Shown in pieces: positions 24,705-39,011 of a stretch of 64,000 bases of DNA. Both the position numbers and the translations under genes were made by a program. Location of the stretch: positions 90,210,001-90,274,000 of the forward strand of contig OZ024743.1 of NCBI GenBank assembly GCA_964016885.1, in the 5' to 3' direction. The notes beneath the pieces are model-generated. The model was not told where the DNA came from, made no database searches, and saw only the letters and a list, made by a program, of their open reading frames with translations. The stretch is from Eledone cirrhosa. Its lineage: Eukaryota. How positions within the stretch are numbered: position 1 is the stretch's first letter; every line of letters starts with the position of its first letter.

Positions 24705-27152
24705 AATGGTGTGGTGGTGGTGGTGTGGTGGTGGTGGTGGTGGTGGTGGTGGTGGTGGCAGTGGTGGTGGCAGTGGTGGTGGTGGTGGTGTGGTGGTGTG
24801 GTGGTGGTGGTGGTGGTGGTGGTGGTGGTGGTGGTGGTGGTGGTGGTGGTGGTGGCAGTGGTGGTGGTGGTGGTGTGGTGGTGGTGGTGGTGGTGGTGGT
24901 GGTGGTGGCGGTGGTGGTGGTGGCAGTGGTGGTGGTGGCAGTGGTGGTGGTGGTGGTGTGGTGGTGTGGTGGTGGTGGTGGTGGTGGTGGTGGTGGTGGC
25001 GGTGGTGGTGGTGGTGGTGGTGCGGTGGTGGTGGCAGTGGTGGTGGTGGTGTGGTGGTGGTGGTGGTGGGCAAAGTACCAAGAAGTAGGTGAGGTTGGTG
25101 CTAGGTGGTGGTGGTGGAGGTGGGCAAAGTACCAAGAAGGAGGTGAGGATGGTGGTAGATGGTGATGGTGGTAGGTGGTACTGGCATTGACACTGATAGT
25201 GGCAGTTGAGCAGTGGTGGTGGTGGTGGTGGTGATGGTGGTGGTGGTATTGGTGGTAGTGGTGGTGGTAGTAGTGTTGGTGGTGGTGGTGATGGTGGTGG
25301 TGGTATTGTTGGTAGTGGTGTGGTAGTGGTGTAGTAGTGGTGGTGGTAGTGGTGTTGTTGGTGGTGGTGGTGGTGAGAGAGGTGGTGGGGGGACGTATGA
25401 AGGTGACAGTGGTGACAACGATGGTAGTGGTGGCAGTGATGCTGATGATGTTTGGTGGAATTCTTGATGGTGATGCTGGTGGTAGTGGTGGTAGTGGAGT
25501 TGTTGAGAGAGAGGTGGTGGTGGTGGTGGTGGTGGTGGTGGCAGTGGTGAGAGACAGAGGTGGTGGTGGTGGTGGTGGTGGTATTATTGTTGTTGGTGGT
25601 GGTGGTGGTGGCAGCAGTGGTGAGAGAGGTGTTGGTGGTGATGGTGTTGTTGTTGTTGTTGTTGGTATTGTTTTTGTTGTTGTTGTTGGTGGCAGCAGTG
25701 GTGAGAGAGAGAGAGGTGGTGGTGGTGGCAGCAGTGGTGAGAGAGAGAGGTGGTGGTGGTGGTGGCAGTGGTGAGAGAGAGAGGTGGTGGTGGCAGCAGT
25801 GGTGAGAGAGAGAGAGGTGGTGGTGGTGGCAGCAGTGGTGAGAGAGAGAGAGGTGGTGGTGGTGGCAGCAGTGGTGAGAGAGAGAGAGGTGGTGGTGGTG
25901 GCAGCAGTGGTGAGAGAGAGAGAGGTGGTGGTGGTGGCAGTGGTGAGAGAAAGAGAGGTGGTGGTGGCAGCAGTGGTGAGAGAGAGAGTGGTGGTGGTGG
26001 TGGTGGTGGTGGTGGTGGTAGTGGTGAGAGAGAGAGTACTGGTGGTGGTGATGGTGGTGAGAGAAAGAGAGGTGGTGGTGGTGGTGGTAGTGGTGAGAGA
26101 GAGAGTGGTGGTGGTAGTGGTGTGAGAGAGAGTGGTGGTGGTGGTGACAGTGGTGAGAGAGAGAGGTGGTGGTGGTGGTGGTAGTGGTGAGAGAGAGAGT
26201 AGTGGTGGTGGTGATGGTGGTGAGAGAAAGAGAGGTGGTGGTGGTGGTGGCAGTGGTGAGAGAGAGAGTGGTGGTGGTAGTGGTGTGAGAGAGAGTGGTG
26301 GTGGTGGTGACAGTGGTGAGAGAGAGAGGTGGTGGTGGTGGTGGTAGTGGTGAGAGAGAGAGTGGTGGTGGTGGTGGTAGTGGTGAGAGAGAGAGTGGTG
26401 GTGGTGGTGGCAGTGGTGAGAGAGAGAGTGGTGGTGGTGGTGGTGGTAGTGGTGAGAGAGAGAGTGGTGGTGGTGGTGGCAGTGGTGAGAGAGAGAGAGG
26501 TGGTGGTGGTGGCAGTGGTGAGAGAGAGAGAGAGGTGGTGGTGGTGGCAGTGGTGAGAGAGAGAGGTGGTGGTGGTGGTAGTGGTGAGAGAGAGAGTGGT
26601 GGTGGTGGTGGCAGTGGTGAGAGAGAGAGGTGGTGGTGGTGGTGGTAGTGGTGAGAGAGAGAGTGGTGGTGGTGGTAGTGGTGAGAGAGAGGTGGCGGTG
26701 GTGGTAGTGGTGAGAGAGAGAGGTGGTGGTGGTGGCAGTGGTGAGAGAGAGAGAGGTGGTGGTGGTGGCAGTGGTGAGAGAGAGAGGTGGTGGTGGTGGT
26801 AGTGGTGAGAGAGAGAGTGGTGGTGGTGGTGGCAGTGGTGAGAGAGAGAGGTGGTGGTGGTGGTGGTAGTGGTGAGAGAGAGAGTGGTGGTGGTGGTGGT
26901 AGTGGTGAGAGAGAGAGAGGTAGTGGTGGTGGTGAGAGAGAGAGGTGGTGGTGAGAGAGAGAGGTGGTGGTGGTGGTGGCAGTGGTGAGAGAGAGAGGTG
27001 GTGGTGGTTGTGGTGGTAGTGGTGAGAGAGAGAGAGAGAGGTAGTGGTGGTGGTGAGAGAGAGAGGTGGTGGTGAGAGAGAGAGTGGTGGTGGTGGTGGC
27101 AGTGGTGAGAGAGAGGTGGTGGTGGTGGTAGCAGTGGTGAGAGAGAGAGTGG
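24705..27152. repeat. (GGT)n grading into a (GGT)n-(GA)n compound satellite
   Basis: Direct inspection; strongly G-skewed on the + strand. Confidence 0.95.
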
Positions 27153-27366
27153 TATAGGAGGTAAAAGTATGAAGTGATTTTATTGTCTGCACTAAAACTG
27201 TAAGCCAAGAAAGACAGTGAAGTGACTGAGTGAATACAACTTAAGAGAGTTGTGTTGTTGTAATTGTTGTAGAAATGTATATACACATTTACATACATCT
27301 AATTATGTTTAGTTGTATATGTAGTGTATGTATGATTGTATATACAGATCCATACATGTAATTATG

Positions 27367-27422
<56 letters not shown>

Positions 27423-27667
27423 CATACACATAACTACTTATATAGACACACACACATTATATAGACACACACACATATTGGCGCTGTGGTTGGGATGTAT
27501 GTGTGTATATACATACACATATATATATATGTATATTTATATATGTATGTGTATATATATCATCATCATCGTCATCATCGTTTAACGTCCATATTCCACG
27601 CTTTCATGGGTTTGGATATATATATGTGTATATATATTATATACATACATTTATATATATGTATATA

Positions 27668-27708
<41 letters not shown>

Positions 27709-27915
27709 ATACTTGGGGAGGGTCATATTTGCGTAATATTGACAGAATTAATAACAGAACACTCACTGTTTGGTTGGTTTTCGCTTCTCGCTGTCTTTTA
27801 TATATATATATTATATACATACATTTATATATATATAAATGTATGTATATAATATATATATACACAAAATTTAGTACAGCATCATCGAAGCTCTGGTTGC
27901 AGCCTTAACAACACC

Positions 27916-27978
<63 letters not shown>

Positions 27979-28087
27979 TGGAGGAGATGACGAAGGACCG
28001 TGACGAGTGGAGAGATGCTGTGCTGAATAGGACCCATCCCACCCTTGCAAGCAGCGAAAAGCGGACGTAAAATGATGATGATGATGA

Positions 28088-28135
<48 letters not shown>

Positions 28136-30249
28136 GTGTTGTTAAGGATGGCAAGATAAATAGGGAGCCCGCATCGTTAATCTGCTTTGTTATGGGTAAT
28201 TTAGGGGTTTCTTTTCTACCTAATGTAGTTTTGTGTGATATGGTATATTATGGCACTGTTTGAGTGCATAGTTAATCATGTTGGGAGGGATGTGGAAGTT
28301 TGTCCTATGTAACAATTGTTATAAACGTGGTATCTCTCTCTCTCTCTCTCTCCGACTCTCTATCTCTCTCTCTCTCCGACTCTCTCATTTTCTGTGACTA
28401 TTTCTCGCTCTCTGTGACTCTCTCTCTCACTATGGTTCTCTATTTCTCTCCCTCTCTAAAAAAAAAAAAAGGTTAACGTTTTGAACAGGAAAAGGCTAGG
28501 CCCCCACCTAATTTAACTGCCCATGGTGGTGCCACTGCGACTCCTTATGCATACTCATATATACACACAACTTTTTTGTTACCAATTTGCCTAAAACCAT
28601 TCTTGATTCTATGATACAAAACTGTTTCTTTTAAAATGTCCAAACTTATATTAAAGCCTACCATCATAATTTTCTATAATAAATGATTGTTTGGTTATCT
28701 TCCAATCACAGCTTCATATTAAGAAAATTAGTTCTTCCTCTTCTTCTTTCAAAATTAATTGAAATACACTGGCAGTGATTTTCATTTGAAATATGGTAAT
28801 GAAAGGCTAACCCTTTCATTACCATATTTACACTTTTACACAGAGTTATTGATGTTTGTAAGTGATTCAGATAATCAAACACCCCCACCCCGCTTATTAA
28901 TTTTTCAGATGTTTTCCAAACCCCTACTCATATTCCATCTCCACCCCACACCACACCACACTCCTGCCCTTATCCCTGCCGATTATTAAATTTTGCTAAT
29001 TTATCTCCTGCAAAATGTTATTTTAAGTGGTAGCAATCCTGCGACAATTGTCTTTATACATTAAAAAACATTATACATGACAAACAAAGTACATTACTAG
29101 AAATCCCATATGTTATAAAATAAATAGGATGGGTTGGGGTCTCAATATGTAAACTAAACAACTAATTTTAGTTTTTAAAAAAATCAAGGGAGACAATCTA
29201 GAAAAATTATCGATTTTCCACCGCCACTAGCCCCACTTATTCCACTTATGCCCCTATTATTTGGGACCGGAGAGTAGTTAATAAATGGAACAACTTTATC
29301 AATGAGAATCCTGTGTTGGTGTCTTTCACTCTTAGTTTAGTTGTTTCCCTTTTTAGATAAAAAAAAAAAGTACATTGCTAGAAATCCCATACATTATAAA
29401 ATTAATAGGATTAGTTGAGCTCACAATTACGCAGTACATTACTGGTACTTCATTTTATCGACCCCGTAAGGATGAAAGGCAAAGTCAACCTCGGCGGGAT
29501 TTGAATTCAGAATGGCAAGGGCTGTAACTCTATGCATCAAAGCATGGCGTCTGACCCTCTACCGATACTGCTAAAATAATGAAACACACACATATATATA
29601 TATACACACACATAAGCACAGACAAACACACACAAGCATAACACATACAAGCACAGACAGATTCACACACACACAAGCACACACATACAAGCATAGACAG
29701 ACTCACACACACACACACATGCAGACAAACACATATATATACACACACAAGCACAGACAAACACACACACAGACAGGCACACACACACACACATACACAT
29801 GCACCTACACACATTCACTCACACATAAACATGATTGGTGGAGAGATGCTGTGCTGAAAAAATCCTGTCTAACTCATGCAAACGTGGAAAAACAAGCATA
29901 AAAACGATGATGATGATACACATACATACATACACACACACGCACACATAAATACAGGTATGCATATATACATACATGCACATAAACACACCTAGTCATA
30001 CATATATACACACATACACACACTCATACACATATGAGGATTGCAGCATCTTCACAGACAATTGCCGTCTCTTATTGATTCTTTGTTATCATCCCATCTG
30101 CGTCCATGAATTCGTAGATGACTTTGTAGGTCAGCTGCAGATCTGCATGTTTACCACGCAGGTTACAGAAGAGAGTGGTGCTTTCCACAGGACTAATAGG
30201 ATCACCTTGTGGGACACAATCTTTATGAACCACCATGTGCTTTTTTAAT

Positions 30250-30668
30250 AATATAATAAATAATAATAATGAAATTAATGTGTACAGTGCTCAGGTGCAC
30301 TACAACTCATCAAAGGTTCATGTATAGTACATAGAATAATACACAAATGTCAGGGAAGTGAATAGTGTATAAGTCATGATATACATGTGTGTATGTGTAT
30401 GGAGGGGGAACATTAGGTGTAGTGTTGGCGGATCTCGGGAAGCATGGAGGCATTAAAGGATGCAGTGTCTCGACAGCTAACAACCGATGCAGGTAGTTTG
30501 TTTCATGCTTCAGCAACTCTGACCGTGAAAAAATGTTTCCGAAAGTCATGGAACTGTACTGTTTTCTGACTTTGTGGACATGCCCACGTGTGTGAGACAC
30601 ATGGAAATCAAAAAGGTACTCAGTGTTGTTGTTGGCAAGATGGTTAACAATTTTGTGGGTGTTTACCA
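30250..30668 (-). mobile_element. CR1-clade LINE 3' end
   Basis: THKIV...TRGHVHKVRKQ, then FFTVRVAE in a shifted frame; (TTA)n tail. Confidence 0.75.
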
Positions 30669-30669
30669 A

Positions 30670-31705
30670 GAGTTCTACACACTTTGTTGCATATCTCGCA
30701 CATTATTTCGCCAGGTCTTTGTTGAGTGGCGTTGCGGGTAGTTATCCTTTCATGTAACTTCAGGTGATTAACATAACCAGTCTTTGAGAGGAGTACACGT
30801 TGACAGAAATTGCATGTCCAACTACTGATGTCTTCATCAAGAATGTGAGCACAGACCTTCCGGAGCTGATGTTTCAGTTGTTTATGTTCTAAACAATATT
30901 CCTCAAAAGTTTTGCAACTGCCCTTTATGTGCTTTCTCCACTCAGCCCTATTTAGAGCTATCTTCTCCCAGTTGTCTATATCAAATGCCAGCAGTTTGAG
31001 GTTGTTCTTGATGCTGTCCTTGAAACTCATTTTCGGTTTGTGTTGAGGCCTTTTTCCAAGATGGAGCTCACCGTAAAACAGTTGTTTCAGGATCCTGCTT
31101 TCTTTCATGTGGACAATATGTCCTGTCCAGTGCATTCGAGAAGATGTTACTTGGGACTCAATGCTTGAACATTCTGCTTTGATAAAGACATGGATGTCAG
31201 GAGTTCTGTCTTGCCACTTGATGTTGAATATGCACCTTAAACATTTCAGCTGAAACACTCAAGCAATTTGGTGTGTTTGCGAAATGGCGTCCAGGTTTCG
31301 GTGGAATATAAATAGACAGAACACATGATCTATACACACACACCTTGGTATTGTTGGCAATGTTGTGATTTGCCCAAACTCTCTTTTCCAATTTTCCGAA
31401 GGCAACAGAGGCTTTCTGGATGTGCAGATGTATTTCAGCATCCAAGAAGCCTTCATCTGAGTATGCTACCCAAGTAGACACATTTATCTACTACTGTCAA
31501 CTTGGTTCCATCAACCATGATACGGAGTTCAGTATATGGTTCTCCAGGAGCAAGGGTAAACATTACTTTGGTCTTTTTAAGGCTGATTGTAAGCCCAAAT
31601 GCTGTACACGAGGATGAGAAATGGTCCATAATGTGTTACATGTCAGCTTCTGTGTGAGCTAGAAAATCAGTGTCGTCGGTGTAAAGAAGGTCTCTGATCA
31701 AAGCT
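30670..31705 (-). mobile_element. RTE (BovB-like) LINE 3' fragment with C2H2-like tail
   Basis: KASVAFGKL, CLRCI..IKWQD, W.GHIVHM...KQLFYGEL..GKR, CNFC..H. Confidence 0.85.
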
Positions 31706-31723
31706 TGAACAGTTTTTGTCTCA

Positions 31724-33277
31724 GCATACATATATACATACATACATACATACATGTATTCATACATATATATACATGCTTACATACATACAAACATACA
31801 TATATTCATCCATACATACATACACACATATATACACACATATGTACTTACATACATACACAAACACATACATATATACATAAATACATACATAAATGTA
31901 TATATACATACATATATTCATACATACATACATAAATATATATATACATACATATATTCATACATACATACACACACATATACATACATTTATACATACA
32001 TACATAAATACACACACATAAATACATAAATTCATACATACACACACACAGGTGTATATATATATATATATATATATATGCATACATACATTCATTCATA
32101 CATACATATATACACGCACACATTCATTCATATACACACGCACACACACACGCACACGCACACGCACATACGCACACACACATACACAAACATACACACA
32201 CACCCCACATATATATAAACATGCATACATACATATATACGCACACACCCTCACATACACATATATTCATACATACATACATATATACATACATACACAC
32301 ACACACATACACAAACATACACACACCCCACACATATATATAAACATGCATACATACATATATACGCACACACCTTCACATACAAATATATTCATACATA
32401 CATACATATATACATACATACACACACACACATACACAAACATACACACACCCCCACACATATATATAAACATGCATACATATATAAACATGCATACATA
32501 CATATATACATACATACACACACACACATACACAAACACACACACACCCCACACATATATATAAACATGCATACATACATATATACGCACACACCCTCAC
32601 ATACACATATATTCATACATACATACATATATACATACATACACACACACACACATACACACACCCCACACATATATATAAACATGCATACATACATATA
32701 TACGCACACACCCTCACATACACATATATTCATACATACATACATATATACATACATACACACACACACACATACACACACCCCACACATATATATAAAC
32801 ATGCATACATACATATATACGCACACACCCTCACATACACATATATTCATACATACATACATATATACATACATACACACACACACACATACACAAACAT
32901 ACACACACCCCACACATATATATAAACATGCATACATATATAAACATGCATACATACATATATACATACATACACACACACACATACACAAACATACACA
33001 CACCCCACACATATATATAAACATGCATACATACATATATACGCACACACCCTCACATACACATATATTCATACATACATACATACATACATACATACAC
33101 ACACACAAACACACACACCCCACACATATATATAAACATGCATACATACATATATACGCACACACCCTCACATACACATATATTCATACATACATACATA
33201 TATACATACATACATACATACACACACATTCATTTTCACACACACACACACACACATACACACCACACATATATATA
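31724..33277. repeat. CA/TA-rich satellite with about 120-bp higher-order units
   Basis: Recurring ...cccacacatatatataaacatgcatac...acgcacacaccctcac. Confidence 0.9.
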
Positions 33278-33537
33278 GTGAAGCTGTTTAATGAGTATAT
33301 TATGATGAGCTACCATGAAACCATTTGTCAGTCCATTTCTCCCGTAGCAGAAGAGTTCTTGAATCACAGTGTCAGAAATATGGCACCACACTTATAAGTC
33401 AACAATTTTATTCTACAAGCAATTAGTAAGCTTTATTGACCGTGAAATTGCATTATATCACCTTGCTGCCTATTTCTGCTTACTACTTCACTAGAATTAC
33501 CGAGACTCTATGTTCTCTTTTGATCTTTTATTTTCCA

Positions 33538-36068
33538 AACAACTACTACTATAACTACAACTACCACTACAACTACAACTACAACTACTACAACTACTAC
33601 AACTACCACTATAACTACTACTACAACTACTACTACAACTACAACTACAACTACTACAACTACCACTACTACTATAACTACCACTACAACTACCACTACA
33701 ACTACAACTACAACTACTACAACTACCACTACTACTATAACTACTACTACAACTACAACTACCACTACTACAACTACCACTACAACTACTACTACAACTA
33801 CCACTACAACTACTACTACTAGTATAACTACTACTACAACTACCACTACAACTACTACTACAACTACAACTACTACAACTACAACTACAACTACTATAAC
33901 TACTACTACTACCACAACTACAACTACCACTACTACAACTACCACTACTACAACTAGAACTACAATTACCACTACAACTACTACTACAACTACTACTACA
34001 ACTACAACTACAACTACTACAACTACCACTACTACTATAACTACCACTACAACTACCACTACAACTACAACTACAACTACTACAACTACCACTACTACTA
34101 TAACTACTACTACAACTACCACTACTACAACTACCACTACTACTACAACTACTACTACAACTACCACTACAACTACTACTACTAGTATAACTACTACTAC
34201 AACTACCACTACAACTACTACTACAACTACAACTACTACAACTACAACTACTATAACTACTACTACTACCACAACTACAACTACCACTACTACAACTACC
34301 ACTACTACAACTAGAACTACAATTACCACTACAACTACTACTACAACTACTACTACAACTACAACTACAACTACTACAACTACCACTACTACTATAACTA
34401 CCACTACAACTACCACTACAACTACAACTACAACTACTACAACTACCACTACTACTATAACTACTACTACAACTACCACTACTACAACTACCACTACTAC
34501 TACAACTACTACTACAACTACCACTACAACTACTACTACTAGTATAACTACTACTACAACTACCACTACAACTACTACTACAACTACAACTACTACAACT
34601 ACAACTACAACTACTATAACTACTACTACTACCACAACTACAACTACCACTACTACAACTACCACTACTACAACTAGAACTACAATTACCACTACAACTA
34701 CTACTACAACTACTACTACAACTACAACTACCACTACAACTACCACTACAACTACTACTACAACTACTACTACTAATACAACTACTACTACAACGACCAC
34801 TACTACTATAACTACTACTACAACTACAACTACTACTACAACTACTACTACTACAACTACAACTACTACAACTACCACTACTACTACAACTACAACTACT
34901 ACCACTACTACTACAACTACAACTACTACTACAACTACTACTACTACAACTACTGCTACAACTACTACAACTACCACTACTACAACTACCACTACAACTA
35001 CTACTACAACTACCACTACTACTACAACTACCACAACTACTACAACTACAACAACTACCACTACTACTACAACTACCACTACTACTACAACTACCACTAC
35101 TACAACTACCACAACTACTACTACAACTACAACTACCACTACTACAACTACCACTACTACTACAACTACTACTACAACTACCACTACTACTACAACTACC
35201 ACTACAACTACCACTACTACTACAACTACCACTACAACTACCACAACTACTACAACTACAACAACTACCACTACTACTACAACTACCACTACTACTACAA
35301 CTACCACTACTACAACTACCACAACTACTACTACAACTACCACTACAACTACCACTACTACAACTACCACTACTACTACAACTACTACTACAACTGCAAC
35401 TACTACAACTACCACTACTACTACAACTACTACTACAACTACCACTACTACTACAACTACAACTACCACTACAACTACAACTACTACAACTACCACTACT
35501 ACTACAACTACCACTACTACTATAACTACTACAACAACAACTACTACTACAACTACTACAACTACAACAACAACAACAACAACTACAACTACTACAACTA
35601 CTACAACTACTACAACTACTACTACAACTACAACAACAACAACTACTACAACTACTACTACTACAACTACAACAACAACAACTACTACAACTACTACAAC
35701 TACAACAACTACTACTACAACTACAACAACAACAACTACTACTACAACTACTACTACTACAACTACAACAACAACAACAACCACTACTACAACTACAACT
35801 ACAACAACAACTACTACAACTACAACTACAACAACAACAACTACTACAACTACTACAACTACAACTACAACAACAACTGCTACTACAACTACAACTACAA
35901 CAACAACAACAACTACTACTACAACTACTACAACTACAACAACAACAACTACTACTACAACTACTACTACTACAACTACAACAACAACAACAACCACTAC
36001 AACTACTACAACTACAACAACAACTACTACTACAACTACTACAACTACAACAACAACTACAACTACAA
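33538..36068. repeat. (CTA/CAA/CCA)n triplet satellite, 2.5 kb
   Basis: Direct inspection; marker variants recur about every 360 bp. Confidence 0.95.
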
Positions 36069-36324
36069 GGCCATGATACATATTCCAATGACAATCATGG
36101 TCACTTGATTATTTAACTACTATCCCACTCAACACTGAGTAAAAGGTGACATTTCTGAGGCAATGGTGGCTGTAAGGCAGCGGACTAACAAAATTCTGTT
36201 TTTGCTGATGTTGTCTGTTCCATTGCAGCCATGATTGCCTCAGAAACATTACCTTTTACTCAACTTTGAGTGTGATATTGGTTAAATAAGTGACCAGGAT
36301 CATCATGGAAATATATATCACGGC
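36069..36324. mobile_element. Old palindromic MITE-like element
   Basis: Imperfect arms of about 115 bp (gccatgatacatattcc...ggtcactt...gagtaaaagg..tttctgaggcaat / attgcctcagaaa..ccttttactc...aagtgacc...ggaaatatatatcacggc). Confidence 0.7.
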
Positions 36325-36449
36325 TCTATTAATAAAGGACACATCTAAAACATTACATTTCTTCATTCTAATTATACTCAGTCATCCTTATTTTGAAGAA
36401 GTGACGTTGAGTGCTTGAATTGAATTATATCCATGTCTACTGTATATAT

Positions 36450-37245
36450 AGCCAGATAGATTATATCCTTACTAGCAGATGGGACATAGTGTCTGTTGTA
36501 AACTCTAAATCTCTCCCCCGTGAAGAATGCACCTCCCAACATAGCCTAGTAGTTAGTGACCTCATAGTCAGGAATAGACGTACTCAACGACAGAGGAGGC
36601 CTACCTTGGGAAGAAGAATATGGAAGTTGAAGGACCCCATAGCCAGTGACAAATTTAAAAGCTTATTACTTGATGCCTTTGACAATAAGGAAGAGCAATT
36701 AGAGACGTGCGATATAGAGGAACAGTGGCAATTCTTGAAAGTGAACCTGCTGAAAGCAACAGATGAAATCTGTGACTGGAGCAGACCTATTGGCAGGAGG
36801 AGAGTAACTTGGTGGTGGAACAGTAAGGTAGAAGAGACAATCAAGGCCAAAAAGCAGGCTTGGAAAGTATGGCAGGATGGGGGAAGTAGAGAGCACTATC
36901 AGGTGGCCAGGAGAGAAGCTAGGAGACAAGTGTACCTTGCAAAAAGGGAAGCAGAGGAAAGAAAGTTCAAGCATGTTCTACAACGTGAGGACCAAAAACG
37001 TGAGGTGTTCAGGATTGCTAGACAATGTGTCAAGGAAAACTGTGATATTGTCGGGGAGAAGTGTGTCCATAATGATAACGGTGTACTTGCCCTCACTGAT
37101 GCTGATAAGAAGATAGCCTGGAAGTGTCACTACGAGAGACTATTAAATGAGGAGAATAAGTGGGAAAAAGATAGTCTGCCCCAAATCAATCCAATAGAAG
37201 GACCAGCGGTGCAAGTTAAAGGTAGTATAATAAGTAAGGCAATCA
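36450..37245 (+). mobile_element. RTE LINE fragment (end of APE endonuclease and linker)
   Basis: SQIDYIL...SQHSLVV..D; TWWWNSKVEETIKAKK; WKCHYERLLN. Confidence 0.85.
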
Positions 37246-37636
37246 GCCCGAATTAAGCCATACAGTGTTCGGCAACCATCGTCGCCCTTTTGTTCAACAC
37301 TGACAAAGGAACGATGAACTAGTTTCAAGCTTATTAGCTATCGTCAGCATTGTATACCTTCTTGTCAGATGATTGAACGTTTGAAAGTATATACTTTCCT
37401 TATGCATATTAACAGCTGAGCAACCGTACTAAGAGTGAGAAATGAAATTTCATTTCATTCTTTTCCATTTATCGTTTTCGGTACGCCCGGCCGACTAACT
37501 CACTCGATATGCAAATGAGGCTGCTCAGCCGTTAATATGCATAAGGAAAGTATATACTTTCAAACGTTCAATCATCTGACAGGAAGGTATACGATGCTGA
37601 CGATAGCTAATAAGCTTGAAACTAGTTCATCGTTCT
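37244..37636. mobile_element. Hammerhead-bearing pLTR-like element with inverted duplication; truncates an RTE fragment
   Basis: 37310-37413 is inverted at 37530-37635; same family as 57076-57375. Confidence 0.75.
37592..37632 (+). ncRNA. Minimal type I hammerhead ribozyme, same family as 57144; an inverted copy lies at 37312-37352
   Basis: CGAUG CUGACGA uagcuaauaagcuu GAA ACUAGU U CAUCG. Confidence 0.75.
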
Positions 37637-37644
37637 TTTCTCAG

Positions 37645-38090
37645 TGTAGGAGAAAAGAAAAGGCAACCAAATTCTTGAAAACTGTTTTCAGAGGACAAAA
37701 TCACAATTTAATCTAGAATATTGAACCCTATCAGTATATGAATCGATAGGTCCATGTGTTATTAAGAGTGAATCATGGTCTGACCTCATCTTCAGAATGT
37801 ATAAAACAAATTTCTCAAACATATTTCACTTAAGGAGGAAATTAAAGCAAGCGTGAAAAATGTACCAGTCCTTTTATGACTGCCGATGCATTTCGCACTA
37901 AAAAAATGATAGGACCTTTCTGTTTGCACCTTTTTCTGTTAAAGGGACTGGTACATGATTCGCTCTTAATAACACATGGACCTATCGATTCATATACTGA
38001 TAGGGTTCAATATAAAATTGTGATTTTGTCCTCTGAAACAATTAAATAAATAAATACTTTTTCAAGAATTTGGTTGTATTTTCTCCTACA
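37645..38090. repeat. Inverted repeat element (about 130-bp arms)
   Basis: 37645-37777 is the reverse complement of 37954-38090; the spacer holds hammerhead-like fragments on the minus strand (CTGAAGA; GAAATGCATC). Confidence 0.8.
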
Positions 38091-38809
38091 GTAATTTTGA
38101 TATTTACTCTCTGCCTATATATTTACTGCTTGGCTTGTATTTCTCTTACACACTCTTGCTGTACGCTTGTCTTGCATCATATATGCATAGAACACACTGC
38201 CCTCTTTGCTTCTGGCTTATAATTCTCACAAATTAATCTCTACTCTCTCCTTCTCCATAGGATTGTACACATACATTCTATATTTATATATATATAATGG
38301 CTGTTAAACGATGATGATGAGGAGGAGGGGGATAATGATATTAGAAATGAAAGACATCCTTGGTACAGTAAGATATATTTGAAAAATGATAAAAGTCATC
38401 ACAAAAAGTCATTCTTATCATTTTTCAGTCATACACACATACATACACATACACACACATACACACACAAACACACACATACACACACAAACAGACACAC
38501 ATACATACACACACAAACACACACATACACACATGTACACACACATACACACACATACACACACATACACACACATACAAACACAAACACACACAGACAC
38601 ACATACATACACACACATACACACACATACACACACAAACACACACAAACACACATACATACACCACCATCACCACCAATGGGTTGTTCTCAATCATACA
38701 ATATCTCCATATACCATGAGTGACATCTGAATATTTGCTGCCATTGTCTCAACTTAGCTCTTACAATAATATATTGCCCTGCTTTCCAATGGGCATACAC
38801 ATGCCATAT

Positions 38810-38844
<35 letters not shown>

Positions 38845-38845
38845 T

Positions 38846-38879
<34 letters not shown>

Positions 38880-38946
38880 TGTGTGTATATGTATTTCTCT
38901 ATCTCTCTTTCTCTGTTTCTTCCCCTCTCTCTTCTTTTCTCTCACT

Positions 38947-39011
<65 letters not shown>

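Noticed and set aside
24691-27298. 833/865-aa His/Pro/Thr-rich ORFs
   Set aside because: Translations of a GGT/GA satellite, open in several frames, with no domain or splice context
33497-36094. 865-aa Cys/Ser 'metallothionein/keratin-like' ORF and poly-Val ORF
   Set aside because: Triplet satellite that lacks stops in two frames purely by composition
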